Positions 20,235 to 29,536 of a DNA stretch of 64,000 nucleotides are shown one piece after another (the first letter of the stretch is position 1; each line of letters begins with the position of its first letter). Position numbers and translations under genes: made by a program. The stretch is taken from the IMG/VR virus record IMGVR_UViG_3300033997_000243, positions 124,001 to 188,000 of that record, one strand, 5' to 3'. Below the pieces are notes generated by a model. The model was given only the letters and a program-made list of their open reading frames with translations. It made no database searches and had not been told where the DNA came from.

Positions 20235-20242
20235 AAATCTCC

Positions 20243-20842
20243 TTAACGATTCGCCATCATTTCACGGAAAGAACTGCCAACTTTTTGATGCAAGAGTTCG
20301 GCTGATTTATTACCACCCAAATAAATAAATGGGTGATAGTAATGAATGACCTGTTGTGGCCGTTTGTCATCATCAAATAACACGCAATGATTTACACGTT
20401 CAAACACCATTTCGTACAAAGGTGAATAAACTTTTGTACTCACATTACATGAAGGCTCTTGCTGAGTATATGCAATGTCTTTGTAAGTGAACGAGTGAAT
20501 AAGCATTGCTACCAACTGAGGATCAGCAAATTTTTGAATGGTAAGTCTTGCGAATTCATCACGAATATCGAAAGTACCATCTTTTTGTTTTTCACCGTAA
20601 GCACAAACTTCATGGCCTGTAAAAGTAAAACATGCCAAACTTTTTCGCAGTTCAGGCTTGTATGGATTGTAGCGAATACCTTCACAAACCAAAATTGTAC
20701 GGTTTGCCAGAGAAAGCCTTGGATCAATTTGAGACATACCTTGCTTAAGTATGTCCAACATTGCTGAACCTTCGTAATCAGTGGCTTCAAGAATTTCTTG
20801 AAGCGATGAAGGTAAATTCATTTTCAAAAATACATCAGTCAT
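20243..20842 (-). CDS. hypothetical protein
   Basis: GAGGA RBS. Confidence 0.85.
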   Translation of the reverse strand: MTDVFLKMNLPSSLQEILEATDYEGSAMLDILKQGMSQIDPRLSLANRTILVCEGIRYNPYKPELRKSLACFTFTGHEVCAYGEKQKDGTFDIRDEFARLTIQKFADPQLVAMLIHSFTYKDIAYTQQEPSCNVSTKVYSPLYEMVFERVNHCVLFDDDKRPQQVIHYYHPFIYLGGNKSAELLHQKVGSSFREMMANR

Positions 20843-20862
20843 TCTATTGTCCTCTAGGGTAT

Positions 20863-22125
20863 TTAGTAAAGCAAGACTGGTTGGAGGTTCAATTTAGATT
20901 TTTTATCAGCACTTAACTTGAAGAAATCACAATAATATCTTCCGTTATATGATGTTATACATAACACTTCAGCACTATCTTTTTTGGATAGATATATGTG
21001 AGAAGGCAGCTCGGTTTCATACATTATTGTTCCAAAATCTGCATACTCATATTCTTCGTCTGCCGTCCAATGACATTTCTCCTCAGCTTCTCTGTATTCC
21101 AAACAATAGTCCAGTTCACCGCGCATCGATTTATTAGAACACCCATAAAAAACTTGAGCCTCTACTTCCTTAAAATCGCGGTTATTGAAGAAAAAAGGTA
21201 TAGCTTTTGTCAATTCAGTATAAACATTTGAGCTTATTACTTCAGCACTTGGACTTATTATGTAAGCACCCAAATCAACAGGATCGTATTCGTAAAAACT
21301 TGCGATATTAATTCTGCTTAAATGTTGAATGTAACTATCTAAGAAAAGACTAAACCAGTCAGACATTTGATCGCGTTGTTTTTTGATTTTAAACCGAAGC
21401 GAACCAATTTTATCCTTTAAAGTTTTAATAGTTTTTTCATTAAAAACACTATTTTTAAAACTCACTTCACTGAAAGACATGACAGCGCGTGTTTTATCTG
21501 GATAAGCATTGTACATTCTTAGTCCGGCATCTAACATACCATTAATAAAAAAATAATTTTCCAGAAATAGTTTTTGTAATTTTGTTAATTTAGATTTTCT
21601 ATTATCCACTAGAAATTCACTTATCTTACCCATGTATAGAGCAACTATTCTATGTAGAATAATAAGTTTTATTTCAGTGTATTTATCTTCGACTGAATCA
21701 GGATCTGGATCTGAATCCAAAGATGCTAAAAAACTGTATGGAGGCTTAGACCAACAAGCTTTAACATAAGCTATTGCCGTCTTGTACACATTTTCCAGTT
21801 GCACTCCTAACTCGAAATTTAAAATTTTCTTTAAAAATCTCTCTAAACTATGGGCTAAATCATGAGACTCGTCACAGTCAAAATAGTTTAATTTGTACAT
21901 ATCGGCTGGATACGAAAATTCATCAGGGAGATCTATAAGTGTTCGCATCATTGTTTCGGAATTTACTGCCTCATTGATGAATGCAGCAACTTCTGGAAAT
22001 AAAGTTATTCTAAACATCATTTCGCTTTTTACACAAAATATTCTCTTTAATTTTCCTTTGTGATTTAATTCTTTAATACGTGAAAATTCACGGGCGTCCA
22101 GAGGCATACGAAAATCTTTAAGCAT
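20863..22125 (-). CDS. hypothetical protein (AT-rich)
   Basis: 420 aa; AAGGA RBS. Confidence 0.9.
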   Translation of the reverse strand: MLKDFRMPLDAREFSRIKELNHKGKLKRIFCVKSEMMFRITLFPEVAAFINEAVNSETMMRTLIDLPDEFSYPADMYKLNYFDCDESHDLAHSLERFLKKILNFELGVQLENVYKTAIAYVKACWSKPPYSFLASLDSDPDPDSVEDKYTEIKLIILHRIVALYMGKISEFLVDNRKSKLTKLQKLFLENYFFINGMLDAGLRMYNAYPDKTRAVMSFSEVSFKNSVFNEKTIKTLKDKIGSLRFKIKKQRDQMSDWFSLFLDSYIQHLSRINIASFYEYDPVDLGAYIISPSAEVISSNVYTELTKAIPFFFNNRDFKEVEAQVFYGCSNKSMRGELDYCLEYREAEEKCHWTADEEYEYADFGTIMYETELPSHIYLSKKDSAEVLCITSYNGRYYCDFFKLSADKKSKLNLQPVLLY

Positions 22126-22237
22126 ACTTGTTTCCTTAAGTTAAAATTAACTGCAAATGATTCACGCAATTTACTTTTTGTGTAACAAAAGTCGGCAAAC
22201 TATTATTACTTAACTTTTATATCAGAACAAAACTGAT

Positions 22238-22279
22238 TTCACTGCAAACACTTTTAGAAAATGTCTGCTAGAATTCAAC
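22238..22279 (-). repeat. conserved post-stop hairpin, copy 2
   Basis: GCAGACA-UUUUCUAAAAG-UGUUUGC (one G-U pair), 11 nt after the UAA. Confidence 0.6.
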
Positions 22280-22570
22280 TTATTTTACTAAATGTGAATC
22301 CATAATCAATTTCATACGATTCATGCAAGCTGCTTCTTTTTGCGCCGCACAAGTTGACAAGCGATTTTCCATAAGTCTTTCAGTATCAAAGCAAATTGCA
22401 GGATCTTCTGGAAAGTCTTTTGTGGTGCATGTTTGAATGGCTTCACGAAACGCAACAAACTTTTCTGTTTGTTCTCGCTTTTCTTTGTTCAACATTGTAA
22501 GGCCGAGCACAGCAATCCATACGACATTGATTATTGCAACAAAGGCAACCGATTGGTTAGACATTGACAT
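22280..22570 (-). CDS. membrane-anchored small protein
   Basis: N-terminal TM, four Cys; start moved to MSMSNQ (AGGA). Confidence 0.75.
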   Translation of the reverse strand: MSMSNQSVAFVAIINVVWIAVLGLTMLNKEKREQTEKFVAFREAIQTCTTKDFPEDPAICFDTERLMENRLSTCAAQKEAACMNRMKLIMDSHLVK

Positions 22571-22583
22571 AGTATAAATCCTA

Positions 22584-23084
22584 TTATGAAATATCAATAG
22601 ATTCTTCTAATAATATTGAACGGAAAACCAAAGCATTGGAATAAGTTGTCATGCTGTTATGTCCACCGCCTGTTGAAATACTTTCCATAACTATCGTGGC
22701 CAAGTTTTGCGAGTCCTCCTTTTCGGCATCACGTATAACAATAGATCCATTTAATTCTTCCAGTTTATTCAACAAAGCCGTCAACTTTTTAGCAACCGAC
22801 TTGTGAACTTCTATTCCCATACTGCTATCAGGCATAAAGAAGAGATACTTTGGAAATGAAGATTCATCTTCCGCTGTAATAAATCTTACAGGCTTGCCTG
22901 TTTTAGAATCAAACTTTACTGCTGTTTCTTTCAGTCGTTGTGCTGTATGTAACAACTTTACAATAGAACTTAAAGCTTGGTTATACGAAACGCTTTTCGC
23001 TTCTTTCAAAAGCTGTATGTAGTCAGGATTTTCTACCAACCTAGTTTTTGCTGCTTTAGTTGGTTTACTTTTAGAACTTTTCAT
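22584..23084 (-). CDS. hypothetical protein
   Basis: GGAG RBS. Confidence 0.85.
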   Translation of the reverse strand: MKSSKSKPTKAAKTRLVENPDYIQLLKEAKSVSYNQALSSIVKLLHTAQRLKETAVKFDSKTGKPVRFITAEDESSFPKYLFFMPDSSMGIEVHKSVAKKLTALLNKLEELNGSIVIRDAEKEDSQNLATIVMESISTGGGHNSMTTYSNALVFRSILLEESIDIS

Positions 23085-23099
23085 AATATTCTCCAGATC

Positions 23100-23139
23100 A
23101 AAAATAGGTCGTGCGATCCTAAGACAACACGACCTTATT
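23100..23139 (-). terminator. intrinsic terminator
   Basis: AGGTCGTG...CACGACCT stem followed by ATTTTT on the minus strand. Confidence 0.7.
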
Positions 23140-23141
23140 TA

Positions 23142-23375
23142 TTAAACTTCTACAGCTGAACCGAATTGGCTTATCTGCGATTGAACTACTGAATGTTGAC
23201 TGAACTTTCCGGTGTTCGGATTTTTCAACAGAACACGAATTGATACGTCGCCTCCTTTTGATAGTGCGCGTGTGACCTCGCTTTTATCAAAGTCAATTAC
23301 GATACCATCATGGTCTGGTGCATCACGAAACGAAACAACAACTTTTTGACCTACGAACATTTTAGCTAATGACAT
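23142..23375 (-). CDS. small beta-barrel (SH3/KOW-like) hypothetical protein
   Basis: Start moved to MSLAKMFVGQKVVV (AAGGAG); first gene after promoter P1. Confidence 0.75.
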   Translation of the reverse strand: MSLAKMFVGQKVVVSFRDAPDHDGIVIDFDKSEVTRALSKGGDVSIRVLLKNPNTGKFSQHSVVQSQISQFGSAVEV

Positions 23376-23396
23376 GATTTGTCTCCTTGTTAAGAT

Positions 23397-23479
23397 GTGC
23401 CTATTATAGCAAAAATAGTATGTACCTACAATAGCTGTTTTTGACACACCTCGATCAGTTCAGTTACTTTCAACAGTTT
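23397..23479 (-). promoter_or_regulatory. sigma70-type promoter/hairpin/operator element P1
   Basis: TTGTAG-17-TATAAT with extended TG; upstream TGATCGAGGTGTGTCAAAAA conserved in four copies at identical spacing. Confidence 0.8.
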
Positions 23480-23971
23480 TTAATGTAATCGGGTTATCAC
23501 ATACCAACTTGTTGGCCCTAAATTTTTATAAGAGCAGCCCTTCTCCAAATAGTCTATTGAGTACAGATCTAATTCAGTCAAAGCTAAGATTTCCTGAAGT
23601 CCCTTGAGTGAACGAACCCAACGCTGTTGATCACTATTAACCAGTTCAAAGCTACGTACATCTTCAGCCGTATTATTTTTCTCAAGTGGATTATTTGAAA
23701 TAGTAATACTGACATGACCTTCAAGTTCACTGTGACCGATCTCAACTTTCGTCCAACCAGCATCAATAAACTTTTCAGTCAAATATTCTTTGTGTTGAAA
23801 CATGGCTACACTCAATGGAGTGGCGGCCATTAGATCTAAACTTAACAAATCTGACTGGCGCTCACGCTGAACCCAATTGTCTGTCACTACTTCAATAAGT
23901 TTATTGTTTAACAACTCTAAAGTTTTATCAGGTGACAGCATTACAAGATCTTTTGGTGTAATTAATTTCAT
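23480..23971 (-). CDS. hypothetical protein (shared Y/F-x3-GW domain family)
   Basis: FIDAGWTKVEI...GHVSITI; start moved to MKLITPK. Confidence 0.8.
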   Translation of the reverse strand: MKLITPKDLVMLSPDKTLELLNNKLIEVVTDNWVQRERQSDLLSLDLMAATPLSVAMFQHKEYLTEKFIDAGWTKVEIGHSELEGHVSITISNNPLEKNNTAEDVRSFELVNSDQQRWVRSLKGLQEILALTELDLYSIDYLEKGCSYKNLGPTSWYVITRLH

Positions 23972-23982
23972 TGGTTTCTCAC

Positions 23983-24621
23983 TTAAATTGAATCGTAGTC
24001 TAAGGCTGGTGCGCCTTCCCAATACAAGCGAACGGTTTTCCAGCTATCAAACTTTCTGTGATTGATCTTTGTTCCAAACTGATCAGCTATTCTTTGCTGT
24101 TCAATCTGAAAGTAAAGTGCTGTATGTTGGCCGTGAAGCCATTGACCTGCCGATGGAGGATTCGTCCCATGATAAAAACTTCTGGTGGCTCTTTTTCCAG
24201 AAACCGGATCGATATAGGTAACAACATGGTAATATTCTGTTCTGCCGTTACGTGAATTAGTTTTGGTACAAAAACGAATGTTGTTGAAGCCGCCACCTTT
24301 TACAGTTGGAACATAAGGAATATCTACCAATAATTGTTTGTAATATTGAATAGCGTGATCTACAGTTGCTTGTATTCCGCCATGTTTAGCATAATTAAAA
24401 TGCGTTCCATATCGAACACCTTCACGCACTAAACGAACTTGCAAATAACCTTTGTCTGGAAAGGAAAGCCCATGACCATTTGTTGACAAAAGTTTAATAG
24501 TTTCTTTTGAAAGTGCCTTCGTTACGTAGTTTGGTAAATTAGTGCAACCACGAGCAAACTTTGATTTTTCTTTTTCTTGCATCATTCTATCCATAAAAGA
24601 AAGGCGGGTAAGTCCCGCCAT
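23983..24621 (-). CDS. putative AP2-like DNA-binding protein
   Basis: YLQVRLVREGVRYGTHFNYAKHGG..A..HAIQY plus a second unit NIRF...YHVVTY...GKRATRSFY. Confidence 0.55.
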   Translation of the reverse strand: MAGLTRLSFMDRMMQEKEKSKFARGCTNLPNYVTKALSKETIKLLSTNGHGLSFPDKGYLQVRLVREGVRYGTHFNYAKHGGIQATVDHAIQYYKQLLVDIPYVPTVKGGGFNNIRFCTKTNSRNGRTEYYHVVTYIDPVSGKRATRSFYHGTNPPSAGQWLHGQHTALYFQIEQQRIADQFGTKINHRKFDSWKTVRLYWEGAPALDYDSI

Positions 24622-24629
24622 TTATTGCC

Positions 24630-24836
24630 TTACTTTTTATCAGTCTCTTCTGATAAAACTGACTTATTACAGTCAATAATAAGTTTGAGTTTACCGGAAG
24701 ATTCAGGCCGCTTTTTCGCAATAACAACAGAAAGTTGATCTGTCGGTAAAGGCTCAGTGCGCTGAATAAAAAAAGCGGTATCGGCTGCGTTCTTCAAGAA
24801 CTCAATTGTTTTCTTTTGGTGTGGAAAAAGATCCAT
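24630..24836 (-). CDS. small hypothetical protein starting with an SF2-helicase Q-motif-like segment
   Basis: MDLFPHQKKTIEFL; AAGGA RBS. Confidence 0.65.
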   Translation of the reverse strand: MDLFPHQKKTIEFLKNAADTAFFIQRTEPLPTDQLSVVIAKKRPESSGKLKLIIDCNKSVLSEETDKK

Positions 24837-24846
24837 AAATTTATCC

Positions 24847-25293
24847 TTAATCCAGAACAGTGATAACGCCAAAGCTATCACCGACTTTAATAACATGGCC
24901 TTCCATCAGATCGCCAACTTTTCTGAATTGACCGTCAGCAAGTTCAACAATACTATCAGAAGTAAGTTCGACAACTGATCCAGCTTTATTTACAATCGAA
25001 CTAAAGCTAACGCCACCAATGTCCACGCCCATTGTATAGTCATAACACTTGATAAGCTCTGCATCATCTGGATGTGAACTGACTCCAAGTGTTGAACTTT
25101 TACCACTGCAAACAATAGACGAGCCAAAGAAACTTATTTCACCAGCCGAAAAAATTTCGCAATCTTCATCAAAAGATTCGCGGATCATCTGCTTTAGAAT
25201 TTTAAACATTTCGGCGTGAACAAATTGATTCGGCATAATCAAAGGAACTTTACGAGAAAGTTCACCTTTAGTAACAGCAACTACGTATTTCAT
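24847..25293 (-). CDS. hypothetical protein with C-terminal Hint/intein-like fragment
   Basis: GSVVELTSDSIVELADGQFRKVGDLMEGHVI. Confidence 0.75.
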   Translation of the reverse strand: MKYVVAVTKGELSRKVPLIMPNQFVHAEMFKILKQMIRESFDEDCEIFSAGEISFFGSSIVCSGKSSTLGVSSHPDDAELIKCYDYTMGVDIGGVSFSSIVNKAGSVVELTSDSIVELADGQFRKVGDLMEGHVIKVGDSFGVITVLD

Positions 25294-25303
25294 AGTAAAT
25301 TCC

Positions 25304-25900
25304 TTATGTTACTGGCTTAATAAGTTTATCAATCTTATCGATCCAGATTGCACGTTTGCCCTCGGCCAGTGCTTTACGCATTGTTTCGCGGCCATCTTCT
25401 GTAAGCTCTCTACGGTAAAATTCATTGGCCTTAGAAAAGATTGTTGAATTGCCGCAAAGATGAAGCCCGTTATCAGATTTCAACAACGTCTGTAAATCTT
25501 CAGGTTCTATTGCCAATACGTAACCATCAGGACGACTGCCCCAATTTAATTCGTATTCTGTAACACTGGCTACCCAAATAAAAACCAATGATACTTCGGT
25601 TTTTAAAGACACTTTGTTAAAGGCAGCAACTTTTTGGCCATATGTTAAGCAACCAATGCTTTCGATGCCTGTTGCACACAAACGCACAACTTTAATGGCA
25701 TCGATCATTTGTTCGGCATACTCAGTTTTGTCGGGTCTGCGAATTGTTGCATCGTATGCACCTATAAAACTTAGGTAGGCAACACGCTCGACTTCTTTAA
25801 TGGTATTGCCTAATCGATCTTCTTTTGTAGCATTAAATAAAAAACTTAATGCACTTTCAACGCTGTTGGCGTCAAATAAATCTTTGATTTCTACTTTCAT
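25304..25900 (-). CDS. hypothetical phage protein
   Basis: EYELNWGSRPDG motif; AAGGAG RBS. Confidence 0.85.
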   Translation of the reverse strand: MKVEIKDLFDANSVESALSFLFNATKEDRLGNTIKEVERVAYLSFIGAYDATIRRPDKTEYAEQMIDAIKVVRLCATGIESIGCLTYGQKVAAFNKVSLKTEVSLVFIWVASVTEYELNWGSRPDGYVLAIEPEDLQTLLKSDNGLHLCGNSTIFSKANEFYRRELTEDGRETMRKALAEGKRAIWIDKIDKLIKPVT

Positions 25901-25910
25901 AGTGTACTCC

Positions 25911-26744
25911 TTAAACGACCAATGAACGCAAGTGCATATAAAAGGCTTTTGTTTCGCCGTCCAGATCAGTTATTTTAACGTCTGTTGTGGCCCGTTGAAG
26001 TTCAAACTTTATCTTACTTCCAATAAAGTAATCATGCACTGCCCAACTTTTAAGCGTAGAGTCTGTTGGAGTAAAATCGAAAACAAGTTCGACTGCATCT
26101 GTTCCGTGTTCTTCAAAGACACGAGCAATTTCATGTTGGTGTGTTGTGACTGCTAAACGACCACACAATGAAGTTTCATTGTCGCTAAACTTTTTGGCTG
26201 ACTTCAAAGTACCCAAAGAAATACTACGCTCTATATACCAGATAAACTTTTTCAGTGTATCATTCGTACCGCATTGATACGCAACGTGGACACAGCAATT
26301 ACGTAACACAGGATCAAGATCTACTGAATTAAGTTTGACACAAAACTTATCTATTAAAGCTTGTGCTTCTTCATACTCAGCTTTGAACAGTGCTTCACCA
26401 AGTTTGTTTTCTAACACAGCAGACGCACGATCCACAGTAATGATTGCCAACATTTTATCCAAAGCTGCATTGACAACGCCGTCAGTCAACAACTTTTTAA
26501 TATAGCTTTCATTGCCTAAGTTATCGCCTTCTTCACACGTAAGTAAATTTGTGCGTTTAATTTGAAAGGCAAGAGTATCACGCATTACACCAAATAAATG
26601 GGTTTTGGCTGATCCATCTAAATCAGCTTTACCTAGAACGCGGTGAATCATTTTTCCGTTGTACGCATCTTCTTTGATCATCGTACTGGCTTTTGCAAAG
26701 ATTACAGAAATATCTAACTGATGGTTTGGTGTTGATAGTAACAT
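25911..26744 (-). CDS. hypothetical protein (paralog of 49285..50088)
   Basis: AAGGAGG RBS; shared C-terminal half. Confidence 0.85.
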   Translation of the reverse strand: MLLSTPNHQLDISVIFAKASTMIKEDAYNGKMIHRVLGKADLDGSAKTHLFGVMRDTLAFQIKRTNLLTCEEGDNLGNESYIKKLLTDGVVNAALDKMLAIITVDRASAVLENKLGEALFKAEYEEAQALIDKFCVKLNSVDLDPVLRNCCVHVAYQCGTNDTLKKFIWYIERSISLGTLKSAKKFSDNETSLCGRLAVTTHQHEIARVFEEHGTDAVELVFDFTPTDSTLKSWAVHDYFIGSKIKFELQRATTDVKITDLDGETKAFYMHLRSLVV

Positions 26745-26772
26745 AGCGGTTCCTCCTTTGGAACGGGTTGCT

Positions 26773-26826
26773 TTTAACTAGAGTAGTTAATTTTGGACAC
26801 TCAAAAGAATGCCCAATCAAAATACA
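26773..26826 (-). repeat. conserved post-stop hairpin, copy 3
   Basis: UUGGGCA-UUCUUUUGAG-UGUCCAA (G-U pair), 10 nt after the UAG, then a TTAACTA/TAGTTAA palindrome. Confidence 0.5.
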
Positions 26827-27021
26827 CTAAGGTTGAACTTTTAGAAAGCCGTACTTTTCAATAGCGGCAATTCGTTCGGGTGTAAAATCGCCAGAAACTT
26901 TCTTCAAGCTTGGTGGATTTGTACTCAAGACTTCGGCAACTTCTACACTACTGCCGTCATTGAAGTCGTATCGCCACACAGCACCTTGTAAGTGCGTATC
27001 TTCGATTACCATTAATTGCAT
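26827..27021 (-). CDS. hypothetical protein
   Basis: AAGGGG RBS. Confidence 0.8.
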   Translation of the reverse strand: MQLMVIEDTHLQGAVWRYDFNDGSSVEVAEVLSTNPPSLKKVSGDFTPERIAAIEKYGFLKVQP

Positions 27022-27039
27022 TTATTTCCCCTTATCAAT

Positions 27040-27261
27040 TTAATTAGGTTTGGTTTGATAAACCCAATGTTTAATAGAAATGATGAACTTTTTAATGCTC
27101 TTACTTTCCCAGTACCATTCATGTAGAGCAACAAAAAGTTGTCCGAGTTTACCCAACACTGTAAACGCGAATAAAAATATACCTAATAGTGCAAAAGGAA
27201 ACAGCATTGCAAAATAACGCATTACAAATTTACATTTCCAGACAAAACTTTTTTCTTTCAT
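27040..27261 (-). CDS. small membrane protein
   Basis: One or two TM segments; GGAG RBS. Confidence 0.8.
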   Translation of the reverse strand: MKEKSFVWKCKFVMRYFAMLFPFALLGIFLFAFTVLGKLGQLFVALHEWYWESKSIKKFIISIKHWVYQTKPN

Positions 27262-27297
27262 AGCGGTTACTCCGGTAACAGGTTGAAAAGATTAAGA

Positions 27298-27663
27298 CTA
27301 ATCACGTTCTTCATAGTATTGTTTGCGTGGAAAAGCTTTTGGTGTTATCCAGTAACCATCTTCGCAAACATCCCAGTCGGTATAGATCGTTGTTCTTACA
27401 TCACAAAGACTAACAAACTTTTCTTTGTGTTCTGGAACAAGGTTAAACAGCGGAATCCATTCGCTCGTTGTTCTCAAGTAAACGAATTCAAGTTCTGCCC
27501 AACCTTCGACCTTCAGTAAATCTTCTTTGAGAAAGTGTGAAGTCTGCAAAGGAACTTGAGTACCTTTCATGTTTACGCGCAAAAATGGACTGTCATCTAG
27601 TTCAAGATCGTTTACGATTTGAGCCAGTGTATATCTTTTGCCAGTGATTGGAAATTGTTTCAT
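27298..27663 (-). CDS. hypothetical protein
   Basis: GAGGA RBS. Confidence 0.8.
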   Translation of the reverse strand: MKQFPITGKRYTLAQIVNDLELDDSPFLRVNMKGTQVPLQTSHFLKEDLLKVEGWAELEFVYLRTTSEWIPLFNLVPEHKEKFVSLCDVRTTIYTDWDVCEDGYWITPKAFPRKQYYEERD

Positions 27664-27670
27664 ATTATCC

Positions 27671-28012
27671 TCACTTTAAAATTGAATTAATAGCAGCATC
27701 CATTTCTTTTTGCGCTGCCAATAAATTTTTAGTCTGATCTATCTGAAGCCACAAATAGCCGACCAACAGTTTTACCAACTTTTCTATGTTTTCATTGACA
27801 GCCTTGGATTTTCCCTTGCTGCCACAATGATTAGTTAAGTACGAGCGAACAACCGATCTTGCAGAACTAAAAATAAGATCTTGCGAAAGTTCGTCAATAG
27901 TTGACGCCTTTGTCAATAACGCAACCGCTTTTAAATCAGTGCATAACGCATTGTACATAAAGCTGATAGCGTCTGAATATTCAAACTTTTCTTCTTTAAC
28001 TAAAGATACCAT
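27671..28012 (-). CDS. hypothetical protein
   Basis: Start moved to MVSLVKEE (AAGGA); the ORF-track start lies inside promoter P2. Confidence 0.75.
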   Translation of the reverse strand: MVSLVKEEKFEYSDAISFMYNALCTDLKAVALLTKASTIDELSQDLIFSSARSVVRSYLTNHCGSKGKSKAVNENIEKLVKLLVGYLWLQIDQTKNLLAAQKEMDAAINSILK

Positions 28013-28043
28013 AATTGCTTTCCTTGTTTGCTCTAACTTGTAG

Positions 28044-28100
28044 CCATTATAGCAAAAACTGCTTGTCCCATCAATGGGTATTTTTGACACACTTGGATCA
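28044..28100 (-). promoter_or_regulatory. sigma70-type promoter/hairpin/operator element P2
   Basis: TTGATG-17-TATAAT with extended TG; TGATCCAAGTGTGTCAAAAA upstream. Confidence 0.8.
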
Positions 28101-28520
28101 ATTGGCGCTGTTTAACCAGTTATACACAATAAACTTTTCATCCAACTTTCTAAAGAACTTTTCAGTTCCTTGAGTTCCGACCGTACCAAACAGCTTATGC
28201 TTTTGTTTTGGCCTTGGTAAATATTCAAACATTTTTCTAGCGATACCAAGACCTCTAAATTTGCCACGCATAAAGAAATGATGATATAGACTGTAAATTG
28301 ATCTATTCTTTGACCTAAAGGTTTCTCTGTATAGTATTCCAACTGGTATATCATCAATAAAGGCCAAAACTATTTCTTTCTTTATGTCTTTCGGTTGTTC
28401 TTCATTTACTATGTTCCGCAGATTTTTAATTAGCTGCCAACCATTAACATACAATCTATGCTTAATAGCTAGTTCCGCGCCTTTAACCAGATTTTCGTTT
28501 TCAAAGATTTTTAATTCCAT
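28098..28520 (-). CDS. GNAT family N-acetyltransferase
   Basis: VLAFIDDIPVG ... FFMRGKFRGLGIARKMF (motif A) ... EKFFRKL. Confidence 0.7.
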   Translation of the reverse strand: MELKIFENENLVKGAELAIKHRLYVNGWQLIKNLRNIVNEEQPKDIKKEIVLAFIDDIPVGILYRETFRSKNRSIYSLYHHFFMRGKFRGLGIARKMFEYLPRPKQKHKLFGTVGTQGTEKFFRKLDEKFIVYNWLNSAN

Positions 28521-28534
28521 GATTTTTCCAAACG

Positions 28535-28557
28535 AAAAAGGCAGCCGAAGCTGCCTT
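28535..28557 (-). terminator. Rho-independent terminator (UUCG loop)
   Basis: AAGGCAGC-TTCG-GCTGCCTTTTT after the dCMP deaminase stop. Confidence 0.9.
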
Positions 28558-28561
28558 ATAA

Positions 28562-29536
28562 TCAACAAATTTTAAGTGAAGGCTCTTTTGTATCTACAGC
28601 CACGAATAATTGAAAAACACTATTGAAACCAACAACCATTACTATGCCATTGGCTAAACGCATTTTAAACACAACATCCAATACAGCTGGTGGATCTTCA
28701 CCAATGCTTTTGTTATTTATTTCAAAAGCAGCATCTTTCATAGTTCCGTAAGTTTTTGCACGTTCCTTTAAAAGTTCGGCCACACTGATCATTCCGTAGC
28801 GCAAACTACGATAACGACTTGCGCCATAATAAGCTGGATTCATTTCATCACAAAATTCACCAAAATCTTCTTCTGGCTTGTACAAGGTTGCACCTCGAAC
28901 AAACAAGTTAAGTTCATTCAAGTCCTTTTTGTCCAACATGGCCACATGAGCTGCTGTAATAAAATTTTGAATGCGTAACAGAAAGTTTTGTTGGAATCTG
29001 CTAACCATAAGTTCAAACTTTATTTGATCTTGAGTTTCCAACAATTCGCTTATACGCATGGCACTCACTTGTTCCCAAGTAATTCCAGCTTCATCAAGTA
29101 ACTCTAAACCTGCTTGCACTCTGTAACTGTCAACAAAAATAACGTGGTCAATTTTACCAGTTTTGATGATCGCTTGTGAGCAGTTAATACAAGGCGTACT
29201 CATGACCAACATTACACAACGGCCAAACTTTTCAACAGATTTGTTGCGATGTGATCTGTGTGGTATGTTTGAGAAGTTTGCTTTTTTAATAGCATTTATT
29301 TCACTGTGAATAACTTCAGGCAGTGTAATTCCATCAACTTCAAACACATGATCTGATCCGCTGGCAACTCCATTGCAGCCATCACTTAAAATCTGCCAAA
29401 CTTGACCAGTAGTATGCTGAAGAATAATACTACCCATTTTCTTTCGCGTAACCTTGCTACGCTGTGCCGCAACAAACATATCCAGCACATAAGTTTTCAG
29501 CGTTGGAAATTGTTGTAGATATGAAAGTTTAGTCAC
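28562..29536 (-). CDS. dCMP deaminase with additional C-terminal domain
   Basis: RSK..RKKMGSII, GCNG, HSEINAI and PCINC zinc/catalytic motifs, YR..AGLELL.EAGI. Confidence 0.88.
   Translation of the reverse strand: MTKLSYLQQFPTLKTYVLDMFVAAQRSKVTRKKMGSIILQHTTGQVWQILSDGCNGVASGSDHVFEVDGITLPEVIHSEINAIKKANFSNIPHRSHRNKSVEKFGRCVMLVMSTPCINCSQAIIKTGKIDHVIFVDSYRVQAGLELLDEAGITWEQVSAMRISELLETQDQIKFELMVSRFQQNFLLRIQNFITAAHVAMLDKKDLNELNLFVRGATLYKPEEDFGEFCDEMNPAYYGASRYRSLRYGMISVAELLKERAKTYGTMKDAAFEINNKSIGEDPPAVLDVVFKMRLANGIVMVVGFNSVFQLFVAVDTKEPSLKIC

Noticed and set aside
23441-23470. Plus-strand TTGACA as a divergent antisense promoter
   Set aside because: A -10-like TACTTT at 18 nt exists only in P1 and P3, not P2 or P4; the sequence is better explained as part of the upstream dyad, though not fully excluded
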